A DNA stretch of 64,000 nucleotides from Octopus vulgaris (GCA_951406725.2 OX597835.1:26226001-26290000), one strand, 5' to 3'. Counted from the first letter of the stretch, positions 13,806 to 28,001 are shown. Notes: generated by a model from the sequence alone, not told the origin. Numbers and translations are program-made.

Positions 13806-14160
13806 AGTGTATGAATTGGGAACAATAATTGACTGAATTCAATGTCCGATTTTGCAGAAGGAGCTCGTAATACACAATAGCCTTCTAATCCCACCAGATA
13901 CAAAGCATCATAGTCTTCGGTTACTGACTTGCTTTTGGAGATAATAAAGGTAGTTCGATTCGTTTTCTCCAGGACAGTTTTCTCTCCACATTCTTACAAT
14001 GAATTCATATTTCTACTGTGAACGTCTTTCTCAGGTCGTTTTTTTTGTTGAGTTTGAGTAGAAAATCACTGATGGCTATATCGGTCATCGATTTATGTTC
14101 CTGTTAAATGATGAGTCACCAAAACATTATAGAGAATTATATATCCAAATGTTTTATATG
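13806..14160 (-). mobile_element. mariner transposase remnant
   Basis: PKTMMLCIWWD*KAIVYYELLLQNRTLNSVNYCSQ matches the mariner consensus KxMLxxWWDxxGxxYYELL...INS..YC.QL. Confidence 0.8.
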
Positions 14161-14522
14161 ACTTTATAACACTCACATGAAATACGTAGAGTATTGATAC
14201 AACTAACCACAGATTTTTGAACGGTGAACTAAAGTCTGAACTTTAAACTCTCCAAAACAAACAGTGTCCAAATAAAATGAACATGAACACATCTGCTGAC
14301 CAACTATATTTTCGCCAATAGACATTCATTTCTGAATCCGTAAAAGACAACTCCAAATTCTAAAACTGACACACCTAAACGAAATACTCCTAATTAAAAA
14401 TTTCTACATGCATGACTAAAATCTTAATAAGAATTTAATCATGCAACTCCAAATTTACTCAATAGAAATCTTCCATAATACCTTTCCATCACAACAGGCC
14501 CTACAACGTAATTATCATTCAA

Positions 14523-14861
14523 CTGTCGGCGGGTGACACGACATAAAATTCAAAATCTAGGTTATTCCTCTATTGCAATTTCGAAGTTAGACACCAAAAA
14601 GGCTCCACTCTTATCGGCAGGAGAACATTCCTCTAGATAGAAATTAGCACACAAAAAAGAAAAACATACCTTGGGGCTTAAAATGTGTCTCACATTTTAA
14701 GCTCCAATGAATGTTTTCTTGTTTCAATTTTTATGTACAGGAATGTTTTTCTGACGAGAAGAGTAGAACGGTTTTGCTTCCTAACTCCGAAATTGCAATA
14801 GAAGACTAACCTTTGATCTTTATTTAGATTTTGAATTTTATGACATGTCACCCACTGACAG
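14523..14861. mobile_element. Fully palindromic (foldback) MITE-like element
   Basis: The arms pair from the ends (CTGTCGGCGGGTGACACGACATAAAATTCAAAATCTA and its reverse complement) to a 3-nt centre at 14688-14690 (GCTTAAAATGTG tct CACATTTTAAGC). Confidence 0.7.
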
Positions 14862-15111
14862 CTTTTATTGTGAAGAGATATATAAGTGGGAATAATAGCT
14901 TTATAGCGGTTTTGACTGCTATTTCTAGACATGAAAAGGTTTTTACAATCCACTCTGTTATAATTGTGATTTATTCACCATTATACACTCTTCTTTTATG
15001 AAAAAAAAAAGACCACAAAAATTACTGCATGTTCTGGCCCCGAATATATTCGAAAATAATTCTGAATTGTTTACGATATATCCTGCGTAATGTATTTTTA
15101 CATATCTCTTT

Positions 15112-15129
<18 letters not shown>

Positions 15130-15149
<20 letters not shown>

Positions 15150-15325
15150 GTCTCAGTGTTTTATCGGCCACTATCGCTTGACAACCGATGTTGGTGTGTT
15201 TACATTCCTGCAACTTAGCGAGGCGGGAAAAGCGACCGATATAATAAGTACTTGTCTCACAAGCCCTGGGTTCGGTTTGTGCGACTAAAGGCAGTGCTCC
15301 AGCAATACCGCAATCAAATGACAGG
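15130..15325 (+). mobile_element. SINE family 1, 3' half
   Basis: CGCTTGACAACCGATGTTGGTGTGTTTAC...GACTAAAGGCAGTGCTCCAGC. Confidence 0.8.
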
Positions 15326-15454
15326 AAAAAAATATAAAATAATGATAAATATATACCCTGCAAAATATATTTTGCAGTCCTACAGTCCAATGTGAAATTG
15401 TGTTTATTCATGCTTGATCTGAAATAAACATGAATATACATACATGTGTATATG

Positions 15455-15775
15455 TAGCTCGTAGTTGAGTGATTCGGGGTATTCGGCCCAAGATCGTAAG
15501 GCCGCCAGTTTGGTTTCCATCGGTTCGCTGTTTCCTTGAGCAGGACAGTTTATCTCACTTTGCCCCAATCCACTCAGCTGGCAAAAAAAGAAAATGAAGA
15601 GTACTTTTCAAAGGGCCAACCTTCCCACTTACTTTTTTATGCTCAATCTCTTTGAAAACTGCATTAAGGGTACATACATCTGTGGAGTACTCAGCACTTG
15701 CACGTTGATTTCTCGGGAAGGCTGTTCCTTCGCTCAGATCAACTCGAACCCTCGTCGTCGTAACTGATCGTGCTG
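15455..15775 (+). mobile_element. Degenerate SINE (family 3 head, family 2-type tail)
   Basis: TTGAGCAGGACAGTTT...CCACTCAGCTGGCAAAAA...TAAGGGTACATAC...CCCTCGTCGTCGTAAC. Confidence 0.65.
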
Positions 15776-15859
15776 CCAGTGTGTGTTTACACGTGCGCGT
15801 GCATGTGTGTGTGTTTGAGTGCAGTGAATGCACGCAGTTTGTATATGTGTAAATATATA

Positions 15860-15946
15860 GGCGCAGGAGTGGCTCTGTGGTAGGTAGCTTGCTTACCAAC
15901 CACATGCGAGTGAATTTGGTAGACGGAAACTGAAAGAAGCTCATCG

Positions 15947-16018
<72 letters not shown>

Positions 16019-16252
16019 CGTGTGTGTGGGGGGTATGTTTGTGTGTCTGTGTTTGTCCCCCCAACATCGCTTGACAACCGATGCTGGTGTGTTTATGTCC
16101 CCGTAACTTAGCGGTTCGGCCTAAAAGACCAATAGAATAAGTACTAAGCCTACATAGAATAAGTCATGGGGTCGATTTGTTCGACTAAAGGCGGTGTTCC
16201 GGCATGGCCGCAGTCAAATGACTGAAACGAATAGAAGAAAAAGAATGAAAGA
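15860..16252 (+). mobile_element. SINE family 1 with internal deletion
   Basis: GGCGCAGGAGTGGCTCTGTGGTAGG head through the GTCAAATGACTGAAAC tail; the CORE-like segment is missing. Confidence 0.88.
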
Positions 16253-16529
16253 ATATATTGTTGTGAGCATATCGTATTTGCGTGTGTGTGGGTGTATGTG
16301 TGTGGCCGAGGCGTACATATGTGTGTATATGTATGTGTGACTGTGTTGTTTATGTGTGTGTCTGTGGCAATCTGGTGTGAGTATGTATGCATATGTGTGC
16401 GTGATGGATGCGGTGTGTCTATGTGTGTATGTGTGTGTATGTGTGTGTATGTGCCTGAGGGGGTGTATTCGTATGCGACGAGCGATAAGAAGAATGATGT
16501 ATGATGTTTTATTGCACAATTTCTTTCAC

Positions 16530-17010
16530 GGAGGGAAAGGAGGAGGAGAAGGAGGAGGAGGAGGAGGAAAAGGAGGAGGAAGAGGATGTGGAGAAAGAGT
16601 AGGAGAAGGTGGAGGGGGAGGATGTGTCAGAGAAGAAGAAGATGGAGAATAATAAGTAGAAATTAGAGGGGGCGAAAATGAAGGAGAAGAAGAAGAAGAA
16701 GAAGAAGAAGAAGAAGAAGAAGAAGAAGAAGAAGAAGAAGAAGAAGAAGAAGAAGGAGGAGGAGAAGAAGAAGAAGAAGAAGAAGAAGAGAAAGAAGAAG
16801 GAGGAGGAGAAGAAGAAGAAGAAGAAGAAGAAGAAGAAAGAGAAGGAAATGAAGGAGAAGAAGGAGAAGAAAGAGAAGAAGTAGGCAAAAATGAACAAGC
16901 TGCAAATGTGAAATGACGAGACATGAAAGAAGTACGAGAAGGAAGGGACGAGGAGGAGGAGGAGGAGGAGGGGGAAGGGAAGAGAGCGAGGATGAGAAAG
17001 GGAATGGGGA
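16530..17010. repeat. Polypurine (GGA)n/(GAA)n tracts
   Basis: Direct reading. Long near-pure (GAA)n at ~16686-16840. Confidence 0.95.
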
Positions 17011-17264
17011 GAAGGAGAGGCGCAACAGGTGCACCAACAATAACATGTTGAGAGGAATAGTAAAAATGGGCGGGATTTTGAGTAGATCTCAATATTGTCA
17101 AATATTGTCGGATTTCATTGGATGATATATTACAACCAATGACCGACTATAGCTTTGTGAGCAGATTTCGGAGAGAGAAACTTAAAGAAACTCGTCGTGT
17201 GTGTATGTGTGTATACATATGTGTATATGTGTGTGCGTGTGGTTTTTTCTTCTTTTTTTGTATT

Positions 17265-17620
17265 TGAATTGTTTCAGTCATTTGAATGCGGCCATGCTGG
17301 GGTCACCACCTTGAAAGACTTTAGTCGAAAAAAATTGACTCCGTGACTTTATATCTTTTAGGCCTAGCACTTATTCTATCGGTCTGATTTGTTACGGGGA
17401 CGTAAACATTCCAGCACCGGTTACCAAGCGGAGGTGGGGGACAAAAACGGACACACAGAATGCGACAAGGCTGGCCCTTTGAAATACAGGTAATTCAAAG
17501 ATGAGTGGAATGGAATAATGTGAAGTAAAGCGTCTTGCTGAAGAACACAAATCGCCGCCGGGAATCGAACTCACGACTTGACGATCTCGAGCCTAATACT
17601 CTAACAAGAAAGCCACGCAC
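17265..17620 (-). mobile_element. Adjacent SINE fragments (family 1 tail; family 3 head)
   Basis: GTTTCAGTCATTTGAATGCGGCCATGCTGG and GGAATCGAACTCACGAC...AAGCCACGC match other copies. Confidence 0.7.
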
Positions 17621-18196
17621 TAAAGTGATTTCTCTGGCATGGCAGCTTCAACACGGCTGGACATCAGTGTCTTTATGACTAGAGTCAACTCGTTGTTGAG
17701 CTGTGGAGGTGTGTGACTTTATCTTGTAGTCTTTACACTACAGCAGGTTGGCCGCGGAAGCATACATGTAACATGTTTACCATATATTTAACATACATGT
17801 ATCATATACTTAACATATATTTATCATATACTTAACATATATTTATCATATATTTATCACATATAAGTAGCAATACTCGATTTTGTACGGGTTTGTAGAA
17901 AATATCGGAGTAAGTCACATCGCTTGTTGTCACCGCCACTACCATTACCAAAAGACACCACCACCACCCACCACCATCACCATCCACCAGCATTACCATC
18001 CACCAGCGTCACCCCCTTCACCACCACCACCACCAAACACCACCACCAAGCACCACCAGCACCAACCATCACCACCACCAACCAACACCACCACCAACCA
18101 CCACCACCACTACCACAACCAAACACCACCACCAACCACCATCACCATCCACCAGCATTACCATCCACCAGCGTCACCACCTTCATCACCACCACC

Positions 18197-18228
<32 letters not shown>

Positions 18229-18563
18229 CAACAACCACCATCACCGAAACCCACATCCTCACCGTAAACCATCATCATCATCATCGCCAACAACAGCAGC
18301 ACGACCGCCTCCGCTAACGTCGCCGCTGACACCACCACCACCACCACCACCACCACACTTACACCCACACAAGCACCATCATCATCACCACCACAACCAC
18401 CACCAATACCACCACCATTAATATCCATTATAGTACACGTGATTTTTTTAAAGCAAGTCAGTCGCTGTTGAGCACTTTCAAGACGTCCGCTGGAGAAATT
18501 GCAGAAATTATACAACAATAACAAGAATATTTTCTAAAAACACTATTTTTCACTCTGTGTGCA

Positions 18564-18595
<32 letters not shown>

Positions 18596-19204
18596 TGTGT
18601 GTGCGTGATTATGTATTGACAGGCAGCAGAAAATAAAAGAATATTGGACAATTCCAATATTTCAACAATAAAAGGACTCACAGCCATCCACCATTTCACT
18701 CTTCACAACTCTCTCTCCCTGTCAGTCTCTCTCTCTCGGTCTCTTTCTCTCTCTCTCGGTCTCTCTCACCCCCTGGCTTTCTCTGTCTGTCACTCTGTCC
18801 CCACTCTCTCTATCACTATCTGACTCTATCTCTCTCTCTCTCTCTGTCACCCCTTTCCTTCTCTGTCAGTCTCTCTTTTTTGTCACTCTCTCTCTATCAT
18901 TTCCCCTATCTACCACTCTCTCTCTCTCCGTTACTATATCTCTCTCTATCTATCTCTATCACACTCCATGTCACTCTCTATCTCTCTGCGATTCTGTATC
19001 TCTCTGCCTCTGTCTCTGTCTCTCCTCTGTCTCTGTCTCTCTCTCTCTCTCTCGCTGTATGTCATTCCGCGTGTAAGTGCGTCTCACTCTGTCACTCACT
19101 CCCTTTCACACATATATGAGCACACTCTATCTTTCTCTCTCACTCTCTCTGTCAATCTCCTTGTCTCCCCACACTCTCTCTTGCTATCTATATCTCTATT
19201 ATAC

Positions 19205-19252
<48 letters not shown>

Positions 19253-19708
19253 TTCTATCCATCACTTTGTCCCACTTTCTCCTTATCTCCATCTACACAT
19301 ACTCAGATAATAAAACACGCATTTCTCCCAACGTAGATATCAATCAAACCCTAGCAATAGCTTCAAGGAAGACGTAATTTCTTTCTTCCATATTTCTCTG
19401 GACATCAGCCAACTACAAATCCACCATTCCCACCATCTTTTGCATCCATCTCTTTCCTTGACGTTGCTCTCACATCTTCCTTTGTGGTTTCCATACATCT
19501 TTCTTTTAACGGGGCTTTGTTCATGCGTGACTGTATTCGCCAGCACTGCGGTAACATGATGTCAAACTCCATGACAAAACCGTTTCATTTTCTGTCTTTT
19601 AAAAATCGACAGAAGAGATACATCTGAAGACTGATTCGTAATGCTTCTAACAATTTTTCCGCTAATACTCGAGCATGTAGGATGTCTTGCATATGGAATA
19701 TGAATGAA

Positions 19709-20540
19709 TAGGCCTGGCTGTGTGGTAAGGAGTTTGCTTCCTAGCTACCTGACTCCGAGTTCAGACCCACTGCGTGACACCTTGGACATGTATCCTCTTC
19801 TACAGTCTCGGGTGTATATTTATGTGTGTACCGTAAATCCTCGAGTATAATACGTAGGGGATTTTTAGGGGGCTATACCTGTGAAAAACCTAAACCTTGT
19901 GTATAATATGCACCACCTCTCTAACTTAAGTCATGAGTAATTAGGCCAGCAGCACCTAGTCGAACAAACACTTCCGCGCATGCATAATACAATAATGGTT
20001 ATATGGGAATGTGAATAAATTTTCAAATTGTTTTTGTTACATGTTTTTCTGTGTTCTGAATACTTTTATTTTAATAAATGTTGCTTACTGCAAGTTATGG
20101 ATGATTCTTTTATGACTTCATTGCTTTCAGGCTTAGTTTAAGGTATTTTCGCGCCCGTCATCACAAAATGTGTCTGAATAAACATTGCGTGACAGCAAAT
20201 AGAGTCTAGGACATTGCTTAGAAAATATTTTTCATTTTTAACCTCGTATATAGTACGCACTAGGGATTTTGACCTTTAAATTTTGGGAAAAAATGCGGAA
20301 TATACTCGAGGATTTACGGTATGTCTTTGTGTATGTATTTGTCCCCAATCACAGCTTGACAACCAATGTTGGTGTGCGTACGTCCCCGTAACTTAGTGGT
20401 TTGGCAAATGAGACCGATAAGATAAGTACTAGGCTAAGAAAAAAAGATAAACCTCTGGAGTCGATTCGTTCAACTATAAATTCTTCACAGCGGTGCACAA
20501 GCATGACCATAGCCTAATGATTGAATCGAGTAAAAGACAT
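19709..20540 (+). mobile_element. SINE family 1 interrupted by a MITE
   Basis: Head at 19709-19810 and tail at 20322-20540, on either side of the TIR element. Confidence 0.75.
19831..20319. mobile_element. Tc1/mariner-superfamily (pogo/Tc2-like) MITE
   Basis: Perfect 19-bp TIRs CCGTAAATCCTCGAGTATA / TATACTCGAGGATTTACGG flanked by TA on both sides. Sub-terminal repeats of the CGxGTATAxTACGCA type. Confidence 0.92.
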
Positions 20541-20560
20541 ACGCATATCTTTAATATTTA

Positions 20561-20870
20561 GGCGAGGGCATGGCTCAGTGGTAAAGAACCATACGTGGTT
20601 TTCGATTCAGTCCACCTAAGCGGGACCTAGGTCAAGCGTCTTCTACTAGAGATCCGGGCTGTCCAATGCCATACCTTGTGAGTGAATTTGGCAGACGGAC
20701 ACTTGTAGAAGCCCGTTGGGTTTATAGATACAGACAACGGGCTACGTAGTGTTTACGACATGGCATAGTGGTTAGGGCGTTGCACTCACGATTGTGAGAT
20801 CGTGGTTTCGATTCCTAGAGCGGGCATTCCGTTCTGTTCTTGAGCAAAGCACTCCATTTCACGTTGCTCT
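20561..20870 (+). mobile_element. Degenerate SINE heads (families 1 and 3)
   Basis: GGCATGGCTCAGTGGT...CAGTCCAC and TGGCATAGTGGTTAGGGCGTTGCACTCACGATTG...GGTTTCGATTCC. Confidence 0.7.
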
Positions 20871-21022
20871 GCCACTATTTCGTCAAATGATATGTGGCAC
20901 ATGGTGTACCTGTACAGGTATTGCCTATTTGAATGAGGACACAATAATATATTTATACCTAAAATCTCCAAGAAGTTAAGGAGATAGACAAAGAACATGT
21001 ACCTACAACAGCATAGTCGTAA

Positions 21023-21070
<48 letters not shown>

Positions 21071-21074
<4 letters not shown>

Positions 21075-21317
21075 CAAGGAAAAATTGTAAAAAGGCAGAA
21101 TGCTAAATTGAAAGAAAATTTTAATGAAATTGGGTGTATGGAAAAAAAAAAATTTTTTCTTCTTTACAATTCTTAAAAGGTCACATTATGACGAAAACCG
21201 GTTTGAATTAATATATATATATTTTATCAATTTTTCAAAAACTTTTCCATACACCCGTTTTCATTAAAATTTTCTTTCAATTTAGCATTCTGCCTTTTTA
21301 CAATTTTTCCTTGCTTA
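21071..21317. mobile_element. PLE-like inverted-repeat remnant (~75-bp arms) with a decayed hammerhead in the spacer (21168-21209)
   Basis: Arms 21071-21145 and 21243-21317 are reverse complementary. The spacer reads aattc ttaaaa GGTCA catta TGAC GAAAA CCGG TT tgaatt, and (TA)n lies on both sides. Confidence 0.65.
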
Positions 21318-21352
21318 ACATTTCTCAACGTGCGGTCAACACTCTTTATTGA

Positions 21353-21400
<48 letters not shown>

Positions 21401-21660
21401 GTACAGATTCGATATAGGGGACCGCTGCAGTCTACTACTGAAAGTTTTGCTTGTACTGACATATTGTTGCAACGACGTTAACTTCGCATTGCTCGAGAAC
21501 TTGCTCTGGCAGTTTTAAACATCATTTATTTAACAATGTCAATGGAATAGAGGAACGTGAAATAGAATATCTTGACCAAGGATATAAAGCACCTCCCAGA
21601 CAGTAAAAAATATAAATCCAACGATTGCGAACTCAGCTAAGCAGTAAACCAAGCGCTTTG

Positions 21661-21708
<48 letters not shown>

Positions 21709-22377
21709 GCAATAGAAGGCATTAAAACGTTCAAACAGATAGACGATACAGACAGAGGCAGAAAAGGGAAACAACAATTAGAAGGACAGGCAAAAAAATT
21801 ACGGGTCATTCTTGGCTTTCTTTCATCAGTCAAGTACCATGTATATTTTATACGTATATGTATATATATATATATGTATATATGTCATCTATATAACTAT
21901 CTATCTATTCATATGTGTGTGTGTGTGCGAATACGCAATGTATGCACATGCGGATATATATACACACACACGCATATACACACACTCTTGCATATATACG
22001 TATATATATATATATATATATGCATCACATGTATGTATATACATATATATTCTATGTATCTGTATATATAATGATATGCCTGTTTGTAAGCATATATACA
22101 TATATGTTTATATATATATATATATATATACACACGTAATACATACATACATACCTACATGTACTTATGTGTATATTTATTATTTACTATTACGAGAACG
22201 GAGGCGACAGTGACTTCAAAGGTTCGGTTTTCTATCCTTCGTCGGAAATAATAATAAATATGTAAATATGCACTGTGCAAAATGGAGTGTGTTATTCTTC
22301 AATATTAATTTTTTTTTAAAACTCAACATAAAAACAAACATTAGTGTATTGCTGTGCGCGTTCTTGTATATATATAT

Positions 22378-22422
<45 letters not shown>

Positions 22423-22905
22423 CACACGTATACGTTTGCATATATTTATGTGTTTATGTGTGTGTGTGTGTGTGTGTGTGTGCATAATATGTATGTATGC
22501 ATGTATGTATGTATGTATGTATGTATGTATGTATGTATTTACGTATGTATGCCTGTAGGCATGTAGGCATGATGGGATAGATCCTGGTGAGAAAGAAGAA
22601 GACAAAGAAAGCGGGAGAGATCAGGACTGTGAAGAAAACAGAAGAGGGTGAAAGAGAGAGGGGAAGAGAGAAAGAGAGGCGGGAAAAAACAGAGACGGAT
22701 TGATAGAAAGGAAAGGAAGAAGAGAGGAAAAGTGTGAGGGCGAGAAAGAGACGGATAGAGAGGGGGAGAGAGATGAGAGAAAGAGAGAGAGGAGAGAAAG
22801 AGTGTCTGTGAGAAGGGTTTGTTAATGTAGCTAATGACAGACACACAGAGAGTAATATAGACTGTAAAAGAAAAAGAGAAGCAGAGGGAGAGTAAGAAGG
22901 AGAGC

Positions 22906-22950
<45 letters not shown>

Positions 22951-23461
22951 AACACAAAGAAACAGAGATAGAGAGAGAAAGAAGGAGATTAAAAGAGATT
23001 GTTGAAAAGAGATCAAGCAAGATGTATAAAAAATGGAGCGATGAGTAAAAGAATAGGACGAAAGCCACAGCATGCCAATGAGTTTCTACTGAAATAAATG
23101 ACGTTGTTTTCTGCTGCTAATGTTTTTCACCGAGAAACTTCTGAACGAATAACCATTTTTATGGGCAGAATAATTGAATTGTGTTTTATTTCATAATACC
23201 AAACTGCGGCTGTTTACGTCTAGCTTTCCTTCTTTCCCTGTTGCTCTATTGCGGTGTGTCTCTTTTGAATGCTTATTTATCATCTCACGTATAATAGGTT
23301 GCTAGATATCAAGAAATGGATAGATAATAGAATGGATAGACATACAGACAGACAGATAGACAGATAGGCAGATAGACAGACAGACAAATAGATAGATAAA
23401 TAGATAGATAGATAGAGAGAGAGAGAGAGAAAGAGACAGACGCCAACAGACAGACATATAG

Positions 23462-23538
<77 letters not shown>

Positions 23539-23599
23539 CAGACAGATAAATAGATAGTACTCTCAGAGGATGTACATAAAGTATATAAATGGGTAGAAG

Positions 23600-23643
<44 letters not shown>

Positions 23644-23786
23644 GTGTGTGTGTACTTGTATATATACATCTATTTATATGTATATATATGCACATATATA
23701 TATATAAATGTATGTATATAGATATACTTCTGTATATAGATATATATATGTGTATACATATATTTATGTATGTGTGTGTGTGAATG

Positions 23787-23819
<33 letters not shown>

Positions 23820-24435
23820 ATTTACATATATGTATATGTATATATATAGATATATATGTAAATATATGTGTATATGTATATATGTATATATATATACATA
23901 CATACATACATACATACATACATGCATACATACATATTTCACATAGTGGTGCACGCACACACACTCACATACACATACACATGTATATCGATATATTAAT
24001 GTTCCGAACTGTTTTTGGCTTATTCAATTCCTAGCACTGTCGATGACTCTGCCTCGTAAAAGAACTTTTTTTTCTTCTTCTTGTTGTATTTAGAAGAAGA
24101 AGGTTTAGTGCCAATGACATTTTCAGGCCATCCAAGACCGGATGAGCAACATGTCATTAATGCTGCGTTCAAACTGTTGCAGATCCGAACCGGCAATGTG
24201 ATATGGTTGTGGTTTGGATGCTCGCAGAGTGGAACAAGTCGAGGGACGAGTGGACTGAGTTTCCTGAGTGGTGGAAGTATGAAGTATGGAACCAGCAAAT
24301 GCTGAAGAGCAGAAGCCACTAGTAAAATGCTAATAGAAAAGCAAGGTGACACCATAATCCTGGAAAATATACTATAAAACGGGCAGTGTATTGCTGTGAC
24401 CATCAAAGTGGTAAATACTGTTTAATATTTTAAGC

Positions 24436-25532
24436 CAGCGTTTCTCAACTGGGGTTCCACAGAACCCTAGGATCCCGCAATTCATATATATACTACTTGT
24501 GTGGGAAATTCTGTCAGTGGGTGTGTTTGTGGAGCTAACTCCTGCTACATCGTTTTATCGATTTTGATTAAACTTGACACGTGAGTAGAACTCATGTCTG
24601 GAAATCTCATGGCATACTCATATTGTTGAAAAATCGATAATAGAGCTCCTGGAAGGGATCCTTATTTATGTCTAATATATTTCATTTTAACAGCCAAGGG
24701 AAATAACTCGTTCGCCCATATTTTAACAGCCAAAAGAAATAACCCATTCAGTTTCCTAAATCATTTGGTATCAATCAAACTGAATATGCTTATTTCTTAG
24801 TATTTGAACTGTTTGAGTTACTTACGTATTTTATTTAGTACAACCATTAATGAAATAAATAGTATTTTCCTAAACAATAGATCCAATTATTCTGGTTAGT
24901 GACTTATTCACGAATATACCAACACTAGCGCTGCTGAGAGCAATATTATCTGGGAACGCACAGAAGTCTATTTCAGAGTTATTTACTTTGAATTGTTATT
25001 AACCAATATCTGATTAGCCTGTGAATACGTAATATACTTCAAAATTTTAGAATACATACCTTATTAGTATTTTCTCCTAAGTTCTATATACTCTGGGAAC
25101 GCACTGAAACCCTTTTCGGGGCTACCTTATTTGAATTCTTACTATCGGGTAACTAATTTCATGTAATTACATTACTGATTTCACAATTTGTGTATTCATA
25201 ACTTATTGGGAATTCCTAAAAACAAGATCCTGAGTAAGACAGTTTGGTATTCTCTGTAAATGCACGAAAACCGTTTTGAGGGCTACATACTTTGTAATAT
25301 TGTTACTGGATTAGCGAAACAGTTATGAGCACGGAACCAAGGGATATGCCCCACTTTCCCGGGAATTACCGGGTCCGTTAACTAGTATATGAATATATAT
25401 ATATATTTACCACGTGAACTACGATGAAACAATACGAGAAAGATATCGTATATAATTTTTCTTGTTCAAGGTTTACTTGAGGCATGGAACTTATCTTAAG
25501 GGAAACGCAAGGGTAAAAAGGTAGAAACACCG
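24436..25532. mobile_element. hAT-type MITE containing a nested Helitron-like insertion
   Basis: Ends CAGCGTTTCTCAAC and GGTAGAAACACCG. The 8-bp flanks TTTTAAGC and GGTTAAGC match at 6/8 (TSD-like). Confidence 0.55.
24483..25385 (+). mobile_element. Non-autonomous Helitron-like element
   Basis: 3' hairpin CCCGG gaatta CCGGG (25358-25373), then 8 nt, then CTAG|T. Three degenerate ~140-160-bp internal repeats start CTCTGGGAACGCAC (~24949, 25091, 25251). The 5' boundary is approximate. Confidence 0.65.
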
Positions 25533-25764
25533 GGTTAAGCTGTGAGTTGACAGAATTATTTTCAACACCTAAAAGAAAGGTCTCGTTGTTTCTTTGTGCA
25601 GTAACAACTATACAAAACTGGAGGATACGTGAGCGATATAATTAACTAATAGTAATTTGCGTGCTGTACCTGAGGCAATGGAGCATTACGAATTACGGCG
25701 GTACGGGAGTGGAGTAGTGTCACGTAATTGACGAGATGTAATGATAGAGAGATAAGCAGACATG

Positions 25765-25850
<86 letters not shown>

Positions 25851-26139
25851 GAGAGCGAGAGCGAGAGAGAGAGATGAGATACGTAAATAGGTAGATTATA
25901 GATAAATGGTAATGTACCTAAATCGCAAAATCTTAATGAGTTAACAGTTAAGTCAATAGCCAATCTATATAGTTACTATGGGCGTGTTCGTGCGTGTATG
26001 TATGCATGTGTGCGCGTGCGCATGTATATATATATTTGTAGGTATGCATATATATTAATACGGTGTGTGATATGTAAATTGTCGCATTTTTAATATCGCA
26101 CATTCGCATTGCTTGTTTCTGATGTTGTCTACTACAGAG

Positions 26140-26837
26140 TATAGTAGGGTCAGTTGGGTACCGTCTGTGAGGACAACAACACCATGACGCAATTCCCCTT
26201 TTCAGAAATTTGAAGATGACATGCTGTACTGCTTGGCATTCGCTGCGGAAGCTCCAATACAAACATTTCAGAGTGTTTCGTTGTCAAACTGAGGACAATG
26301 CAATCTGAGGGCATGTACCGAGAGTAATGGAAATCAACATCCAGTCAACATCTTGCCTGGAAGAAGTTGTGCTGCTCTAGGTCAGGAGGGTGGCTACTAC
26401 AAGATCCTAAGTCTGGCAACAGACTCTGCACCATGCCAAACAAGTAAGATAACCCAGTCATGACTGTTAGACAATTTCTGTGACCAAATCATCCCTAACA
26501 ACTGGCCACCTAACTCCCCAGACTGCAATCCCCTTAATTATTGTGCGTGAGGCGCAGTCCAGCGAGAGACCAACAAAACTCCTAGTACCACCAAAGATGA
26601 CCTGAAAGCAAGGACCATTGCAGCATTCACCAACTTAAACAAGGAGACCGTCCAGAAGAGTTGCAGGAGATTCCGTAGTCGTCTGGAGACCGTGGCTGAA
26701 GCCAATGGCGATTTTAATGAATAAATTTACTCTTTAGTATTTCAAGATGTTTTTATGTTATTTTGGTAAATATATCTGTTAAAATGAGATGTAAGTGTCG
26801 TTTTCATTAGAAGACAGTTCATTCACCTCACCCTGTA
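26140..26837 (+). mobile_element. Tc1/mariner-superfamily (maT/DD37D-like) remnant
   Basis: NWPPNSPDCNPLNYCA*GAVQRETNKTP...DDLKARTIAAFTNLNKETVQKSCRRFRSRLETVAEANGD, ending CACCCTG-TA. Confidence 0.85.
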
Positions 26838-27088
26838 TATGGAAACATGTTTGCATACATCTACATCTACAGGCACATAAATTCGCAGATACATACATAC
26901 ATACACACACACATATATGTCCAGACACACATGAATATACATGTGCCTATATTAATTTATACATACATTCAGGTAAATAGAAAGAATTATAAGCTAATAA
27001 GTCATTCGATAGGTATATAAATGCATGGCTAGGAAAATCTAAATAGATAGATAGATAGATTGACAGACAGACAGACAGATATGTAGAC

Positions 27089-27180
<92 letters not shown>

Positions 27181-27929
27181 GTCTCTTTATTAGCCACACA
27201 GGGTCGAACACAGAGGGGATAAAATACAATGTTGAGCTTTTCTTTTTGAAAATAGAAAAAAAAAGAGAAAAATAAAATTTCGATCAAAAGTGATCGGGGG
27301 AAAAAAACGATCAAAAGAGATCGTGTATCACAGAAAATATTAAAAATGCAAAAAGTAAGATTAGGTTTATCCGTGGAAAGAAAAGCCCACGGAAAAGACC
27401 ACGGTAACCTCAAGCAGGCAGGGCATAAACACATGAGAGCAAAGTGCTCTCTCTCTCTCTGTTTTCAATTTACAGGTTCACACTCAAAGTCGTTTCGTCA
27501 CTCGTACACACCATCTTTGCTACATTCACCTACATTTTTTTTGAAACTCACGAGACAAAGCATGCCTCTCCATTCTCACCTTCCTTTACAAGTGGTACTT
27601 GAAAAATTTGACGAGCGATTGGCCAGAGAGGTAAGTGCTTGTCTCTAATCCTTTCGCTCGAGTCGACCACACACATTCTTTCACCATGGCCACCAGTACG
27701 ATGAAGACTGCCTTGCTTTCCGGTTAAGGGAAGGTGGCGGAGCAACTTTCACGATAGACTCGGCTGACAGGCGGACTCGTCTCACACGTGCCGTTCGGCA
27801 TAAGCTCACAGGTCCGAAATGCATGGACTCTGCACGAGGGCATGCAGAACGGTTTCGTCGCTCTGACCGCATCTCGGACAAGTCGGTCCTGTGTGTCTCG
27901 AACCGTGCCTGTAGATCACGAAACGTGCC

Positions 27930-27930
<1 letters not shown>
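27181..27930 (-). mobile_element. Tx1/L1-clade LINE 3' end embedded in (GATA)n
   Basis: YRHGSRHTGPTCPRCGQSDETVLHALVQSP is a CCHC-type zinc knuckle, followed by AVFIVLVAMVKECVWSTR. The 3' UTR ends GTGTGGCTAATAAAGA, and (GATA)n flanks both sides. Confidence 0.8.

Positions 27931-28001
<71 letters not shown>

Noticed and set aside
21800-21840. CUGAUGA on the minus strand as a possible hammerhead
   Set aside because: No stem II followed by GAAA and NUH could be built.
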